DNA of 64,000 nucleotides from Rhizophagus irregularis (Eukaryota): NCBI RefSeq assembly GCF_026210795.1, contig NC_089431.1, positions 3,348,001 to 3,412,000 of the forward strand, read 5' to 3'. Shown piece by piece: positions 24,690 to 37,735 of this stretch (position 1 is its first letter; each line of letters starts with the position of its first letter). The notes under the pieces were generated by a model. It saw only the letters and a program-made list of their open reading frames with translations, ran no database searches and was not told where the DNA came from. The position numbers and the translations under genes were made by a program.

Positions 24690-26159
24690 TTATGAAAATA
24701 TATCTAGTAATTTATCCTTTGCTTCTTTGATTCCATTATCTAATGCTTTTTTATACCAATAAATTGCTTTATCTTTATCTTTATTGGTTCCAATACCATA
24801 ATCATAACAATCTCCTATATAATTTTGTGCTACTGCAAATTCACTTTCAGCTGATTTTAAATACCATTCAAATGATTTCGTTATATTTTTATCTGTTCCT
24901 ACTCCATTTGCATAACAAAACCCTAAGTTACATTGTCCGTTAGGACATCCTGCAATAGCAGATTTTGTATACCATTCAAATGCTTTTTTGTTATCTTTAG
25001 CCGTTCCTATACCATTTTCATAGAAAAAACCTAAATTACATTGTCCATTAGCGCATCCTGCAATAGAAGATTTTGTATACCATTCAAATGCTTTTTTGTT
25101 ATCTTTAGCCGTTCCAATACCATTTGCATAGCAAAAACCTAAATTACATTGTCCATTAGCGCATCCTGCAATAGAAGATTTTGTATACCATTCAAATGCT
25201 TTTTTGTTATCTTTAGCCGTTCCTATACCATTTGCATAGCAAAAACCTAAATTACATTGTCCATTAGCGCATCCTGCAATAGCAGATTTTGTATACCATT
25301 CAAATGTTTTTTTGTTATCTTTAGCCGTTCCAATACCATTTTCATAGCAAAAACCTAAATTACATTGTCCATTAGCGCATCCTGCAATAGCAGATTTTGT
25401 ATACCATTCAAATGCTTTTTTTTCATTTTTATCTGTTCCTTTACCATACTTATAAAAGGTTCCCATATTATTTTGTGCAGTTGAATCATTTTCTATTGCA
25501 AGTTTTAAAGTTCTTTTAAATTCTCTTTCATTTTTGTTCAGAATGATTTTAAAATATTTATTTTCAGACTTTAAAAACCATTTAAGTGCCTTTTTTTTAT
25601 CTTTTCTTATTCCTTTTCCATCCATATAACAAATTGCTAAATTATATTGTGCTTCTAAATCACCCTTTTTAGCTAACTTTAGGCTCATTGCTAATTTGTT
25701 TTGTTTATAATTGATATCTAAAATAATATCTTTATAATAAAATAATGATAATAAATATTTTCCAATAATTATATTTTTATTTCTTAATGAAACAAATGAA
25801 TAATCGAAATCATTAATTATACATAATTTGTCAAAATCTTCATTAAAAGAAGAATCATTTTCAATTTCATTATTAATAGATAAAAAATATAAATTCATTG
25901 CCTTTTCTTTATCTATATCACAACCAATACCAAGTTGATAAAAAAATCCTATAAAACTTGTGAACCAAAACTTACTTTCTTTATGATTTTCCATTATCTT
26001 GAGAACTTTTTCAGGATTTTTGTTGTTACTTTCAAGAATATATTTTATCCATTCATTTGAACTTATTTCAAAATTATTAAAATCATTTGTTATAATAATT
26101 TTATAATAAAAATCCTTTAAAAAATTTTTTAAAAAATTCTCATCATCTTTATTCATCAT
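24690..26159 (-). CDS. Sel1-like repeat protein (8 repeats, several near-identical at DNA level)
   Basis: Intact 489-aa ORF; 108-bp units encoding GQCNLGFCY.NGIGTAKDNKKAFEWYTKS. Confidence 0.9.
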   Translation of the reverse strand: MMNKDDENFLKNFLKDFYYKIIITNDFNNFEISSNEWIKYILESNNKNPEKVLKIMENHKESKFWFTSFIGFFYQLGIGCDIDKEKAMNLYFLSINNEIENDSSFNEDFDKLCIINDFDYSFVSLRNKNIIIGKYLLSLFYYKDIILDINYKQNKLAMSLKLAKKGDLEAQYNLAICYMDGKGIRKDKKKALKWFLKSENKYFKIILNKNEREFKRTLKLAIENDSTAQNNMGTFYKYGKGTDKNEKKAFEWYTKSAIAGCANGQCNLGFCYENGIGTAKDNKKTFEWYTKSAIAGCANGQCNLGFCYANGIGTAKDNKKAFEWYTKSSIAGCANGQCNLGFCYANGIGTAKDNKKAFEWYTKSSIAGCANGQCNLGFFYENGIGTAKDNKKAFEWYTKSAIAGCPNGQCNLGFCYANGVGTDKNITKSFEWYLKSAESEFAVAQNYIGDCYDYGIGTNKDKDKAIYWYKKALDNGIKEAKDKLLDIFS

Positions 26160-26706
26160 TTTAATGTTTTTTTTTTTATTTTTTTTTATTTTTTTTTTAA
26201 AAAAAAGAAATATGGAAAAAAAGAAAACTCGTCGTATACTGTATAATTCATTATTTTATTTAAATTAGTTTAGCGATCAACATGGCTACGCTCGTATTTG
26301 GATATTACGTATAACGTATTACGAAAAATATTTATAACTTTGGTAGGCATTTATAGTTAGTTAACTCATCCAAATGCTGGTCACTATCGATGCTAACTAA
26401 TTTACGTAACACGTCTAAAAAATAAATATATATATAATTTTTTTACATTCAATAAGATAACACTCTTTAATAATTCTATTGGCAACGTTTCTCTTAGAAG
26501 CAAACGACATAATCTTTCAAGTCTGAAAAGATGAAGCTTATACGACGTCTTGGGACATTGTTGTTAATTTCTTAAATAATAATCTTTTCTAATTTTAAAA
26601 AGAAATAGCTTAAACTTATTTATTGTAATTTAAAAGAAAAAACTTAAAATATATGTAAAGAATTTACAAAATTACAAAATTACATCAAGTAATTTAGTGA
26701 ATACCT

Positions 26707-28641
26707 AATAAAATATCATTAATATATTCTTTGCTTCTTTGATTTCATTATCTAATGCTTCATTATACCAATAAATTGCTTTGTCATTATAAGTTCCATT
26801 ACTTTAATAATAACAATCCTCCTATATAATCTTGTGACAGATGATTTCAAATACCATTCAAATGGTTTTTTTTTCATTTTATACTGTTCCTTTACCATGC
26901 TGATAACAATCCCATAAATTATTTTGTGCCATTATATTTTAATTCTCAATTGATTTCAAATATCATTCAAATGCTTTTTTTCTCTGTTCCCTTACCATAT
27001 TTACAATAAATGCCCAAATTGTTTTGTTATATCTCCATTTTCTGCTGATTTCAAATACCATTCAAATGCTTTTGTTTCATTTTTATCTGTTCCAATACCA
27101 TTTGCGTAACAATATCCTAAATTACATTGTGCATAACTGCATCCTGCAATGGCTGATTTTAAATACCATTCAAATGCTTTTGTTTCATTTTTATCTATTC
27201 CTTTACCATGCTGGTAACAATCCCCTAAATTATTTTGGGCCATTATGTTTCCATTTTCTACTGATTTTAAATACCATTCAAATGCCTTTGTTTCATTTTT
27301 TTCTGTTCCTATACCATTTGCATAACAAAATCCTAAATTGCGTTGTCCTTCAGGACATTCTGCATTAGCTGATTCAAAGTACCATTCAAACGCTTTTATT
27401 TCATCTTTATCTGTTCCTTTACCATACTGATAACAATCTCCTAAATTATTTTGTGCCGTCTCATTTCCATTCTCAGCTGATTCTGAATACCATTCAAATG
27501 CTTTTATTTCATCTTGATCTGTTCCTATACCATTTTCATAACAATATCCTAAATTACATTGTCCTTCAATACTTCCACCCTCGGCTGATTCTAAGTACCA
27601 TTCAAATGCCTTTGTTTCATCTTTATCTATTCCAATACCATTTTCATAACAATATCCTAAATAACATTGTCCTTCAACATTTCCACCATCAGCTGATTTC
27701 AAGTACCATTCAAATGCTTCTATTTCATTTTTCTCTGTTCCTATACCATTTTCATAACAATATCCTAAATTACATTGTCCTTCAACATTTCCACCATCAG
27801 CTGATTTCAAGTACCATTCATATGCTTTTTTTTCATTTTTATATACTCCTTTACCATTCTCATAACAATATCCAATATAATTTTGTGCTAACGGGTTATT
27901 TGCTATTGCAAGCTTTAAATCCCTTTCAAACTCTTCCTTTTCATGTTTATTTAGTATGTCTAGATATTTACTTTGTTCAGATTTTAAAAGCCAATCGAAG
28001 GCTCTTTTTTCATTCTTTTGTATTCCCAATCCATCCATATAACAAATCGCTAAATTATATTGTGCATCCGAATTACCTTCTTTAGCTAGTTTTAAAAGCT
28101 TTATTGATTCATTTTGATTACTATTTTCTGTACGATGATTATAATTAAAGCCTTCTATATCTAAAATAATATCTTTATAATAGAATAATGATAATAAATA
28201 TTTCCCAATGATTATATTCTTATTTTTTAACGAGTTAAATGAATTAATATTTACTTCAATTAAATGTAATTTATTAAATTCTTCATTTAAATTATTTTTT
28301 TCAATTTCGATATTAATAGTCAATAGATATAATTCTAGCGCTTTTTTTTTATCTAAATAATTTCCAATACCAAATTGATAAAAAATTCCTATAATACTTG
28401 TAAACCAAAATTTACTTTTTTTATGATTTTCCATTAATTCAAGAATTTTTTTTGAATCTTTATTATTTATTTCAAGATAATTTATTATCCATTCACTGAA
28501 AATATCTTCAAAATTATTAAAATCTTTCATTTCAATAATTTTACGATAAAAATCTTTTATAATATTTTTTAAAAAATCTTTATCATCTTTGGATAAATTA
28601 GTATTCATGTTGGTATTATTATCTAACAAATTTGACGACAT
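26707..28641 (-). CDS. Sel1-like repeat protein (9 intact repeats; ancestral 3' end frameshifted below ~27030)
   Basis: 546-aa ORF 27001-28641; decayed repeats and the ALDNEIKEAK end motif continue to ~26707. Confidence 0.8.
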
Positions 28642-31287
28642 TAGTATTTTAAAAAAAAAAAAAAAAATTTTTTTTTTTTTTTATTGATTTAAAGTTCTTA
28701 AAACGAATTACAGTACATAAAGAAAGTTCTAAACTTTTGAAACTTTGAGGATTGGTTAGTACAACATTTGTGCCACCTCCTTATTTTTAAAACCTCAGCA
28801 TGCTGTATTGCTGTAATATCCTTTTAAAACTGATCTGCATTCACGAGCTTTTAATTCAATTTTTCCTAACAGGATTTCCGAAAAGTAATTTTGGCTTGCG
28901 TTTGGGTAAAAAAATTTTACTATTGTAAAATTCCGGCTGACATTAATTAAAATGCGTAGATCTAAAAATATATCTGAAAGAATGCATCGACTATCTTTTT
29001 CTATATTAATTCTTATGTACCTGCTGTGATCAAAATAAATACATCATCGCTTCCATTTATTGAGAAGTTGTTTGGAAATTTGAATGATGAATTCACGTGA
29101 AAATGTACAAAATAAAGACATGAACAATGATAATGTTTTCCTATAAATATACATTAAATATGATATATATCTTGGCATCCAATTATTTAACCAAACAAGT
29201 TATACTCAATTAAAAGCTCTATTTGAGTAGAATCTAATATTAGCTAAGTTATTAATTTTTTTTTTTGTAAATTGTCAGGTGAAATTATACCAAAATAAAG
29301 ATGATTCTAATGACATTAAAATAAAAATTATTATTGATAAGGAGTTAAAAAGGTCCCATACTCTCAGCACCTTTCAGATTTTTGAATAATAAAATTTGTC
29401 TAACTATAAAATAAATAATGATAAAATTTTGTTGTTACTTAAAATTCTTTAAATTATGATATAAAATAAATAAACAAATAAAGTCATACCAAATTTTGCT
29501 AAACTTTTACAATTTTTTTTTTGAAACTTTACTATCCGCATGATGATCATTGAAATTGGAGGTTGTGAAACAAATATCACGTTTTTCAAAGTTAGAAAGT
29601 ATTGATACAATAAAAACAATAAAACGTAAATTCTTAATTCTGAAGAGAGATTGTCCGTAAATTGTTCGTTATTTGCCTTAATTCTTACAAATGAAATTTT
29701 GTGTGCAACCAAGTAACTTTTCGACGACTTGAACGTAACTTACGTTGGGTCATCTTGTCTCATTCGTAAAATAAGCCTCTCTTCTACAATTAACGGTGAT
29801 TTGTTAACTAAAAGAAGAAAGGAATATTACAAAACGATTTTAAGTAATAACATACTAGAAACAGTATATACGTTCATAACTAATTAAAAACGTGAGAAGA
29901 AAAGTAAAGGTAATAAAAATGTGCCATGTCATTATTTCGCATATATCAACAAATGGATTAATTAAAATTACCTATTATAATCAAATTAATGGGCCATATG
30001 AAAGAACCATTATTTCATATGATACCTTTACACAATTGGGTATTTGATGAATTACACGATTTTTGCGAATAACTTGCTTCGCAGTGCGATTTTACATTGC
30101 TTCTTCTGATTTGGATAAAGAGATTTTTCCTATAAACTAAATGAAAATAAGTAAAGGTAATAAATATTAACCAATGGCTTATATACCTGTGAAATTCTTA
30201 CGTTTTATCATAAGAATACGCAATATTACAGTATATTTCAATTTAACTCCTATCCACTTCACTTACAAGATAATTCCAAGGTCCTTTGATAATTATAGGT
30301 TATTGCTCATTTTTAAACGCTTTATGTTTTTTAAATGTTTTACGCGCTTATTCAGTTTTTTATATGAGGTGAAGCAATTATATGTAGTCGGATTCTTAAA
30401 TTTATATTAATATTTAATGAATTGGATGGGAAGATAACTTATACATACCGAAATAAATGTGCCGTTTTACTGGTACTTAGTCCAAATTTATCAATTAATA
30501 TCTAATTTTATCTTATTCATTATGAATAAATAAATTTTTAAATTTAAAAAAGATGTGACTAACTTCTTTCCTGATTTTTTTTTCATTCAAAGCATTCAAG
30601 TCTAAAAATTAAATTTATTCGGTGCTTGATTTCGTTCCGGGCATTTATTAAGGTAAGACCTGATATCCATTCAAAATAGTATTTGATGATCGTACAGTAT
30701 ATTCTTTTGTATACCCTAGCGATCAAGCTTATGACCGGATTATTGATGATGATGAAATAGTAGTGATGCTAAAAAAGATTATCATTCGTAGAATGAACGA
30801 ACATTGTAATAAAGGATGAGAATAATGAGAATACAAGAGGAGTAGGAGTAATTTCAGTAACGATACATTAACAGAAACATCAAATATGAATATTAGTAAT
30901 CTATATCATAAAGCTTCTTGTATAATATTGTATAAAATTTTTTATAATATAGTGATATACAGTCTACTCGTTTTATAGCGAAGTTGGTGGTTTGGTCGGT
31001 CAGGCCTTCGTTATAAGAAAATTCGTTAACATGATATGAAAATCTGGAAATTTGGTACAGTATATTGTGGTAAATTGTACAATATTTATATTACATCTAC
31101 CTATTTATTAATTAACGTTACTGTGTTAAATTTTGGATCCCCTTCACCATAATAAAAGCTATTCGCAGTACCCTTCCTAATCTTTTCCCTATTGAGCTCA
31201 CGAATTTCACATCTCACTGTTTCAAACGTATAATTCAAAGAATCCTCCTTCTCTTTATTCAAATCCCAATTTCTTCAAGGATGATGA

Positions 31288-31462
31288 CCCTGCAAAAAAA
31301 GTCGATCCGTTTTTATATTCCATCTTTTTTCCGTAATTTCCGGAATTAATAACCTTATATTATGAAATTTATCGAATTATTTACATTTTCCGTGAATAGA
31401 TCCGGGAAAGGCTCATTTTTACGGAGTTTTTACAGAAATAACGGATAAAATTTTTTATAGGG
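31288..31462. mobile_element. MITE with CCCT(A/G)...TATAGGG ends, 3-bp TSD (CACTA/CMC-like)
   Basis: TSD TGA; close copy at 54155-54339. Confidence 0.75.
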
Positions 31463-32773
31463 TGAGTTGGACAATGGACTAGAATTTCCGGATGAAGGGC
31501 TTACATGTGATCGGTTCAATTCATTCTGTTGATCCAAATTCCTGTTGTCTTTGGGTGGACAATTGCGTAACGTTAGACAATTTCATTTCGGAGTGCTTTG
31601 ATATAGGTGATATAGGTATTGAATTCAGATTTCATTCTCGAAATCTGAAATTATTAATGTAGGCTCCACCGATAGCATTAAGTTTTGTGGTTATGTTATT
31701 AATTATTGTTAAAATTTTCTGCGTCTCCAGAGTAACCAGCATTACGTTAATTAATTTTTTTGATTTCTGCAATAAGCTGAGTTCCGCAGGAGTTCATTGG
31801 CGATTTTATTATGTCCAAAAAAGCTTGTTGGAAAATTTTTTCTGATAGCATAAATCAAGAAATATGCACCAAAAAGAATTAAAAATAGAAATCGATGTGT
31901 AAGGCGTTGTTTGCAACATGAGTGCAGACATAATTTCAGTGTGAAAAAAATACCAGTTAGATTAAAAATCAAGTCAGTTTTGCGTTGTTTTTTATTTAAC
32001 TTTATGAATCAAATTATTGATTTTTTTTATAGTGAGGAGTTTGCTTGTCAAGACAGTTCTGTGATTCTTTATATATACGCTTCCATGCCAAGGAATTTGT
32101 ATTTACTCATCGTATATATATCGAATGTAGATCTGGAAAAATGATATCATGTCCATATCCCTTATTTCTGAAAAAAGAAATGTTAAGATCTAGACTTGGT
32201 GCCTGTACCTAAAGACGAAAAAAGTTAGCGCATTCCCGTAGCCCCATATCCTCACACGGTAACTGTTCAAACAATGAATAATATTTATCGTAAATGCTTT
32301 GGCTTCACAAGAGAAAAGTTTTATTGGTAAATATTTTATTAAAATAATCGTTTGACAGCTTTTCTATCCTTAAGTACAGGATGTATGTTTAAGCAAACCT
32401 ACATGAATAAACTACATTATAAAGTCATTCCCATTCCTATTCACTTATTTCATTTGTGTCTGAAGAAAGAGAACTAGAATATCTCAGTAAATCGTTTATG
32501 TGAGTATAGTGTATCGATAAAGACGGTAGATTTTTTTTTCTGGCTCTTTTGTATATACACGAAAGGTCTTTCCTTCGTTTGTGGCGCAGTTCAGAGTAGG
32601 AAAACTTCGATGATAAAAAAATTTCAGATTCTACTAGGACCCTGAATACGATTATATCACGCTATTTATTTTATATCACCTTCGTTTGTACGGATTGAAT
32701 TTTTAGTACTATTTAACATAAGTGTAACATTGTACGGATTCAAGGTTTTTGTACTGATTAACTTAGTAGTATC

Positions 32774-33220
32774 TAAACTTGGGTGCCGAAACTTTTCGGC
32801 TATATGCCGAAATCCCAAATTGTTGCCGAAATCCCAAATCGTTGCTGAAATCCCAAATTACTATTGGTCAAATTGTCATATGATGTTACACAAATCCAAA
32901 AAAAGGAAATTTTGTTCCCACACCATTCTTTATTAACTAAAAGACAAGAATATAAAGACTTCTTATCATGTTCAAATATATTAAATATCAAAATTGAAAA
33001 TGGTCACACAAATTTCCAAAAAAGGAATTTTCTTTGCAGATCATTTCAGTCTGACCGAAAATAATTTGGGATTTCGGCAACAATTTGGGATTTCGGCAAC
33101 GATTTGGGATTTCGGCAATAATTTGGGATTTCGACAATAGTTTGGGATTTGGGATTTCGTTCGGCATATGTCAAATCCCAAATATATTTCGGCATATGTA
33201 GGTTTCGGCACCCAAGTATA
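32774..33220. mobile_element. hAT-type MITE with 18-bp subterminal repeats and an internal F-box gene fragment
   Basis: TIRs TAAACTTGGGTGCCGAAAC / GTTTCGGCACCCAAGTATA; perfect 8-bp TSD GTAGTATC; inverted arrays of TTGCCGAAATCCCAAAT. Confidence 0.9.
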
Positions 33221-33865
33221 GTAGTATCACAATGACTTCTTCATAGTGTATTCAGGGGCTCTATTCTACTCGTCGGATTCATAAGAATAATTTTCGCAAA
33301 ATTAGCGCAAAATTGGCCTTCTGGAAATAAAATCATCAGGAGACACAAATTTTATACCCATATATGTGTATACCCCTATTTCTACTCCCACGATTTGCAA
33401 AAAAATTCTTAGGAGAATAAAGTGGCGTGTAGTTACACTGAAATTATTTTCTTACTGTTCTAGTACAGTCCGACGATCTTTTTTAGTGCAGTCATGCGAA
33501 TTTCGGATTCAGTTACTTACCAGTCCGAGATAGCCATGTTGAGTCTTAGTTTTGATTGTATTTTTTATAAAAATACATTTCTAATCATTTTATTTAACAT
33601 CCATATTTGAATAAAATCATTCTACTACAAGGTAATTATTCATTTAATAAATCATATAAAATGTGAAATTCATTCATCTGACATATGATAACGGGTAGAA
33701 CTTGTAAGGTTCCAAATTCATATGCTGCACTAAAAATTGATATTACTGCACCCAAAAGGATCATCAGACACTTTGTAAGAAAATATATATATACAGGTCC
33801 TGTTCTTTGCAGCTAGCCTACTAACACAACTCTTTACTCCACACTCTAATTCTGTTTTATTCAAC

Positions 33866-34662
33866 ATGTTATTCTTTTTTTATTGGATCCTCTACCTTGG
33901 AACCTCAGCCTTGATCTGGACTACCGCCCAAGCTCGTCCACGATCATCTCATGGTGTCATAAAGCGTGAGCTAGGTCACTTTGAAGAACGCTACATCAAC
34001 ACCCTGAACTACAAGCTACATAACGAGACCGTCAAGTTGATCGGTTATAAGAAAATCAAGATCCCACTTGAGGAAATCGATGCGTTCGAAGACCACTGCT
34101 TCACGAACTATGCCGAGCTGCAGAAATTCGATTCTAATTTCTATGATTAGGCTTCGATTGAGCTCCGCGTCTACTTCCCGGTTGCTGGTGCGCTAATCGA
34201 GCATCAAGGATCCATGATAGAAGCTAACGAGCTTGGTGAATTCGAAATCAAAGACGTCGATAGCGATTACGTAGTGCTTGGTCGGAAACAATCAGGTCGC
34301 GTCCAAGGCGTCCAAGGCAACATCATCAAAGACGGCATCATCTACCTCGCAGACCAGGCCATCCAACACACCAAATCGGCAATGTTTTCGTGTATGACTT
34401 TGGATACAAGAGCCTTGACCACAACCACGATCACTCTCACTCCAAGCGTAGCAGCGGCACCTGTATTGAAAATCATGGAGGAGAGAATTGCAGTGACGCG
34501 TACAATATTCATGAAGGGCGGTGTCCGGAGAATCACCAAGTGTGCATGGATTATAATGGGTATTTCACGGATTGCAAGAAGGAGAATAAGTACTTATATT
34601 TTACCGGAAGTGATTGCTATGTTTCTCTTAGCAAAGGAAACTGCTGGAATGAAATTATGTAG
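33866..34662 (+). pseudogene. GC-rich intronless secreted protein with Cys-rich C-terminal domain; one in-frame TAG and one frameshift
   Basis: Signal-peptide-like N-terminus; TAG 34148-34150 followed by in-frame sequence; shift near 34360 into ...HNHDHSHSKR-SSGTCIENHGGENC...CMDYNG...CWNEIM*. Confidence 0.7.
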
Positions 34663-35966
34663 GCGAACGGTAATAATTATATATTATTAGAATAAAATAT
34701 TATCTTATTCAGATATAAGAATAAAGTATTTTTAACAGATTCTAAAAAATTTTTTTATTTATATTTATTACCTTTTAAATTTTCATTCAATAATAATTTT
34801 AGTCAACTTTTTATAATAAAAAGATGCATCATACATATTTTAAATAAACAAATTTTTCGATTCAAAAAATTTTGAAATTTTTTTTCTTTTTATTTGACCT
34901 CCTCAAATAATTGAAATAATTGCCGCAGCTATATATTTCTTATACTCAAAACATGGATTTCAATATGCTATATGTTAATTAATTAATTAAAGTAAATTAT
35001 TTTATTAGTCAGAAATCATATGAAATCTTTAAAACATGAACGCTGCAAAGAGCAACACCGCATTATTGGGAAGAATTTTTTAAATGTGTATCATTATAAG
35101 GTTGTCTGTTCTACAGTTTAAGGGATAATTAATTAACTATAGCCCGATAATAGGAGCGCTATCAAGGAAAATGAGATCTCGGGAATTTAAGTTTATATCT
35201 TATTTGATCAATGGTATATGTTTCGAAATCAAATTTGATTACTTATTATACATGATTTCAGATTTAAATTTCCAAAGTCTTATTTTCTCTTGGCAGATAT
35301 ATATGTTCCTGGAAGTGAAAAAGTATAAAAGTAACTTGTCTGCTAAAATATGCAAAATTAAAATAATATATTTTCTGATTCGAAAGAACACATCTACTGC
35401 ATATAAATTATGACCACTTTATTCTCCTTTGAAGCACCACTACCAGTTTCATTTTTCATAGCCGGCCCGTTTATTCATGTAATATTTTATGAAAGTGTAA
35501 TAGAGGCCTTTGAATTTTTTCGTTAAAAAAACATATACGTGTTATTTGTTAACAATACACATAAAAAATAAATTACATGACGTGATCTATTTTAAGCATT
35601 ACTCGTTATTGCTAAGAAAAATAAAAGTCTCACCAATTGATTGTGACATAGCACATCAGACTTCCTTCCTATAACCGAAACCTATTTGTCACATATGTAT
35701 CACATGACAATATATGTTATTACTCACATCCTAGCCTTTCATAAGATTATTAATTCCGGAAATATGAGCCTTTTACGGAAAAAAGAAAACGGATTGAAGA
35801 AAAATTTTTTTATTAATACAATGATAGCGTGACACACCACGATAAAAATAAATACAAATGCGGTGGTTACCAGAGGTAATCCACCTTGGTACATGACGTT
35901 ACTACGTTTCCATTCTAATATTCTATCTATTTATCCGGTTTTACCGGTTCCTGCGATTCGATCCGG

Positions 35967-36700
35967 CTAATCAAACACCCATTTGATTTGCTCAACCAAG
36001 TCATTGATGATAGGCTACAAGTTGTCATGGATCAATAATTAGTAACGGAGAGGGTGACAACGAACTTAACAACCTGGACGAAACTAACTTGATTATTACC
36101 CAATCCAAAACAGTTGATACAATTCCGTACATTCCCTAGCCCAATCAACAGGACCTCTGCCATACTTCCGGAGATTTAGTACTGAGGATAAACCTTTATT
36201 TCACCTCCATATGTTGATGCCATACCATAAATGACACGGGAAATTCAAACGGGTAGCTTCGTTGGCGCTAGTGATGTGTTGAGATGTTTGTGCAATCTCA
36301 AAAATTCCCTATAATCAAATTCGGATATCTTCTGGCGTATCCTTAACACCTCCAACTAAAGTAGGTAGTTCATTATAATCGTCTGCCTTCAAGCCGAAGA
36401 GTGCCTTCATCTATCAAACCTCCACGAGGAGAATGGCTGTTGTGCTATTTGCGGAAATACATGTTAGTATCTGTTGTGTAAATATCACGAAAATAAAATC
36501 CAACTAATGTGAAACATTACTTATATGTGTCCACGATAATTGAGAGGCCTACTTTGAATCCCTGAGACCAGATTATACACACTAAGTCCTCATCATCGAC
36601 CAAACGAATAAGTTTCTTTCCATTCTCACGATTTGCTCGTCCTCAGTTCCATCAGGAAAAGTAAAACAAGTTCGAAGCCTCGTCTTCAAAGCTGATAAGT
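35967..36700 (-). pseudogene. Crinkler-family (CRN-like) restriction-endonuclease-fold relic
   Basis: Fragments QPFSSWRF, HITSANEATR, ISGS.GRGPVDWA and MYGIVSTVLDW across frameshifts. Confidence 0.6.
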
Positions 36701-37229
36701 TATTTGACCACGTGTTATAAGTAATGCCATTAGATTATTAATACTATCGGTATGTTGATTTAATAAAAAAAATAATAATAATAAAAAAAGAAAAAATCGG
36801 TATGTAGATTTAATTTGATGATAAAAACAATGTATAATAATACTAACAAAAACCGACTAAATATTGTTAAGTGAACTTATTAAAACATTCACTATTTCTT
36901 CTTTTCTCGCAATCATGTTAATTGGTTGAATGCAGTCACATGTATACTGCGGCCCCAGACTTTAACCGTTATAACAGTATTAGAATTCATTAATGGATAT
37001 TCCAATTTCGACAATTCATTTCAACAATTCATTTGGACAATTCATTTGATAATTTTCTTTCAAATATTTACGTATGAAGATTTTAACATCGTACTTTAAA
37101 TCGAAATTTAGGCACATCAATTTTGTCATTTGATATTAAAAAAAAAAGTTCATATTCACGTAAAAAAAAATAAAATAAAATATTTATTATAACGATAAAT
37201 ACATAAACTTATCAAGTATGTTATTAATA

Positions 37230-37735
37230 GATTAATAGATTTCTATGAGAAAGTATAAATTAATAACTATCCTATAAAAAATTTTCTGAGAAAAATTCCG
37301 ATAAATGATCACTTTTCTAGTTTTCATCAATTTTCTAAAAAATTTTTTATAATATATTTTTACTTTTTCACAGAAATCTATCAAAAACATACTGAAAGTA
37401 ATAATTTATACTTTCTCACAGAAATCTATCAAAAATCCTGGAAATTCACTTTCAGGATTTTTTGATAGATTTCTGTGAGAAAGTATAAATTATTACTTTC
37501 AGTATGTTTTTGATAGATTTCTGTGAAAAAGTATAAATTTTATACTTTCAGTAGGCGCATTTGGCGGCCTTTGGAGGTTATCCTGGTATGTTTGTCCCGT
37601 AGGGGAGAGGTAGGGAGGCACATGTGCCCTGGGGAGCGTAGCCACAACCTTCCTCGACGACGGTGTAAAAATTATTACTTTCGGTATGTTTTTGATAGGT
37701 TTCTGTGAATAAGTATAAATTATTATTACTTTCAT
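37230..37735. repeat. ~50-bp repeat cluster in both orientations forming a fold-back, interrupted by a GC-rich ~115-bp insert (~37551-37666)
   Basis: Arms 37361-37440 and 37453-37533 are near-perfect inverted copies of TTTGATAGATTTCTGTGAGAAAGTATAAATTATTACTTTC units. Confidence 0.8.

Noticed and set aside
27024..28085. ORFs antisense to Sel1 genes (also 22817, 24743, 49759, 56273)
   Set aside because: Periodic LNTIQMLL translations arise from the reverse strand of Sel1 repeats.
30960..31030. Pogo-like left TIR (similar lone ends at ~46550, ~59140, ~60610)
   Set aside because: No matching partner end found, so element boundaries cannot be supported.
37551..37666. HDV-like ribozyme in the GC-rich insert
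   Set aside because: TTCCTCG resembles L3, but P1/P3/P4 could not be assembled.
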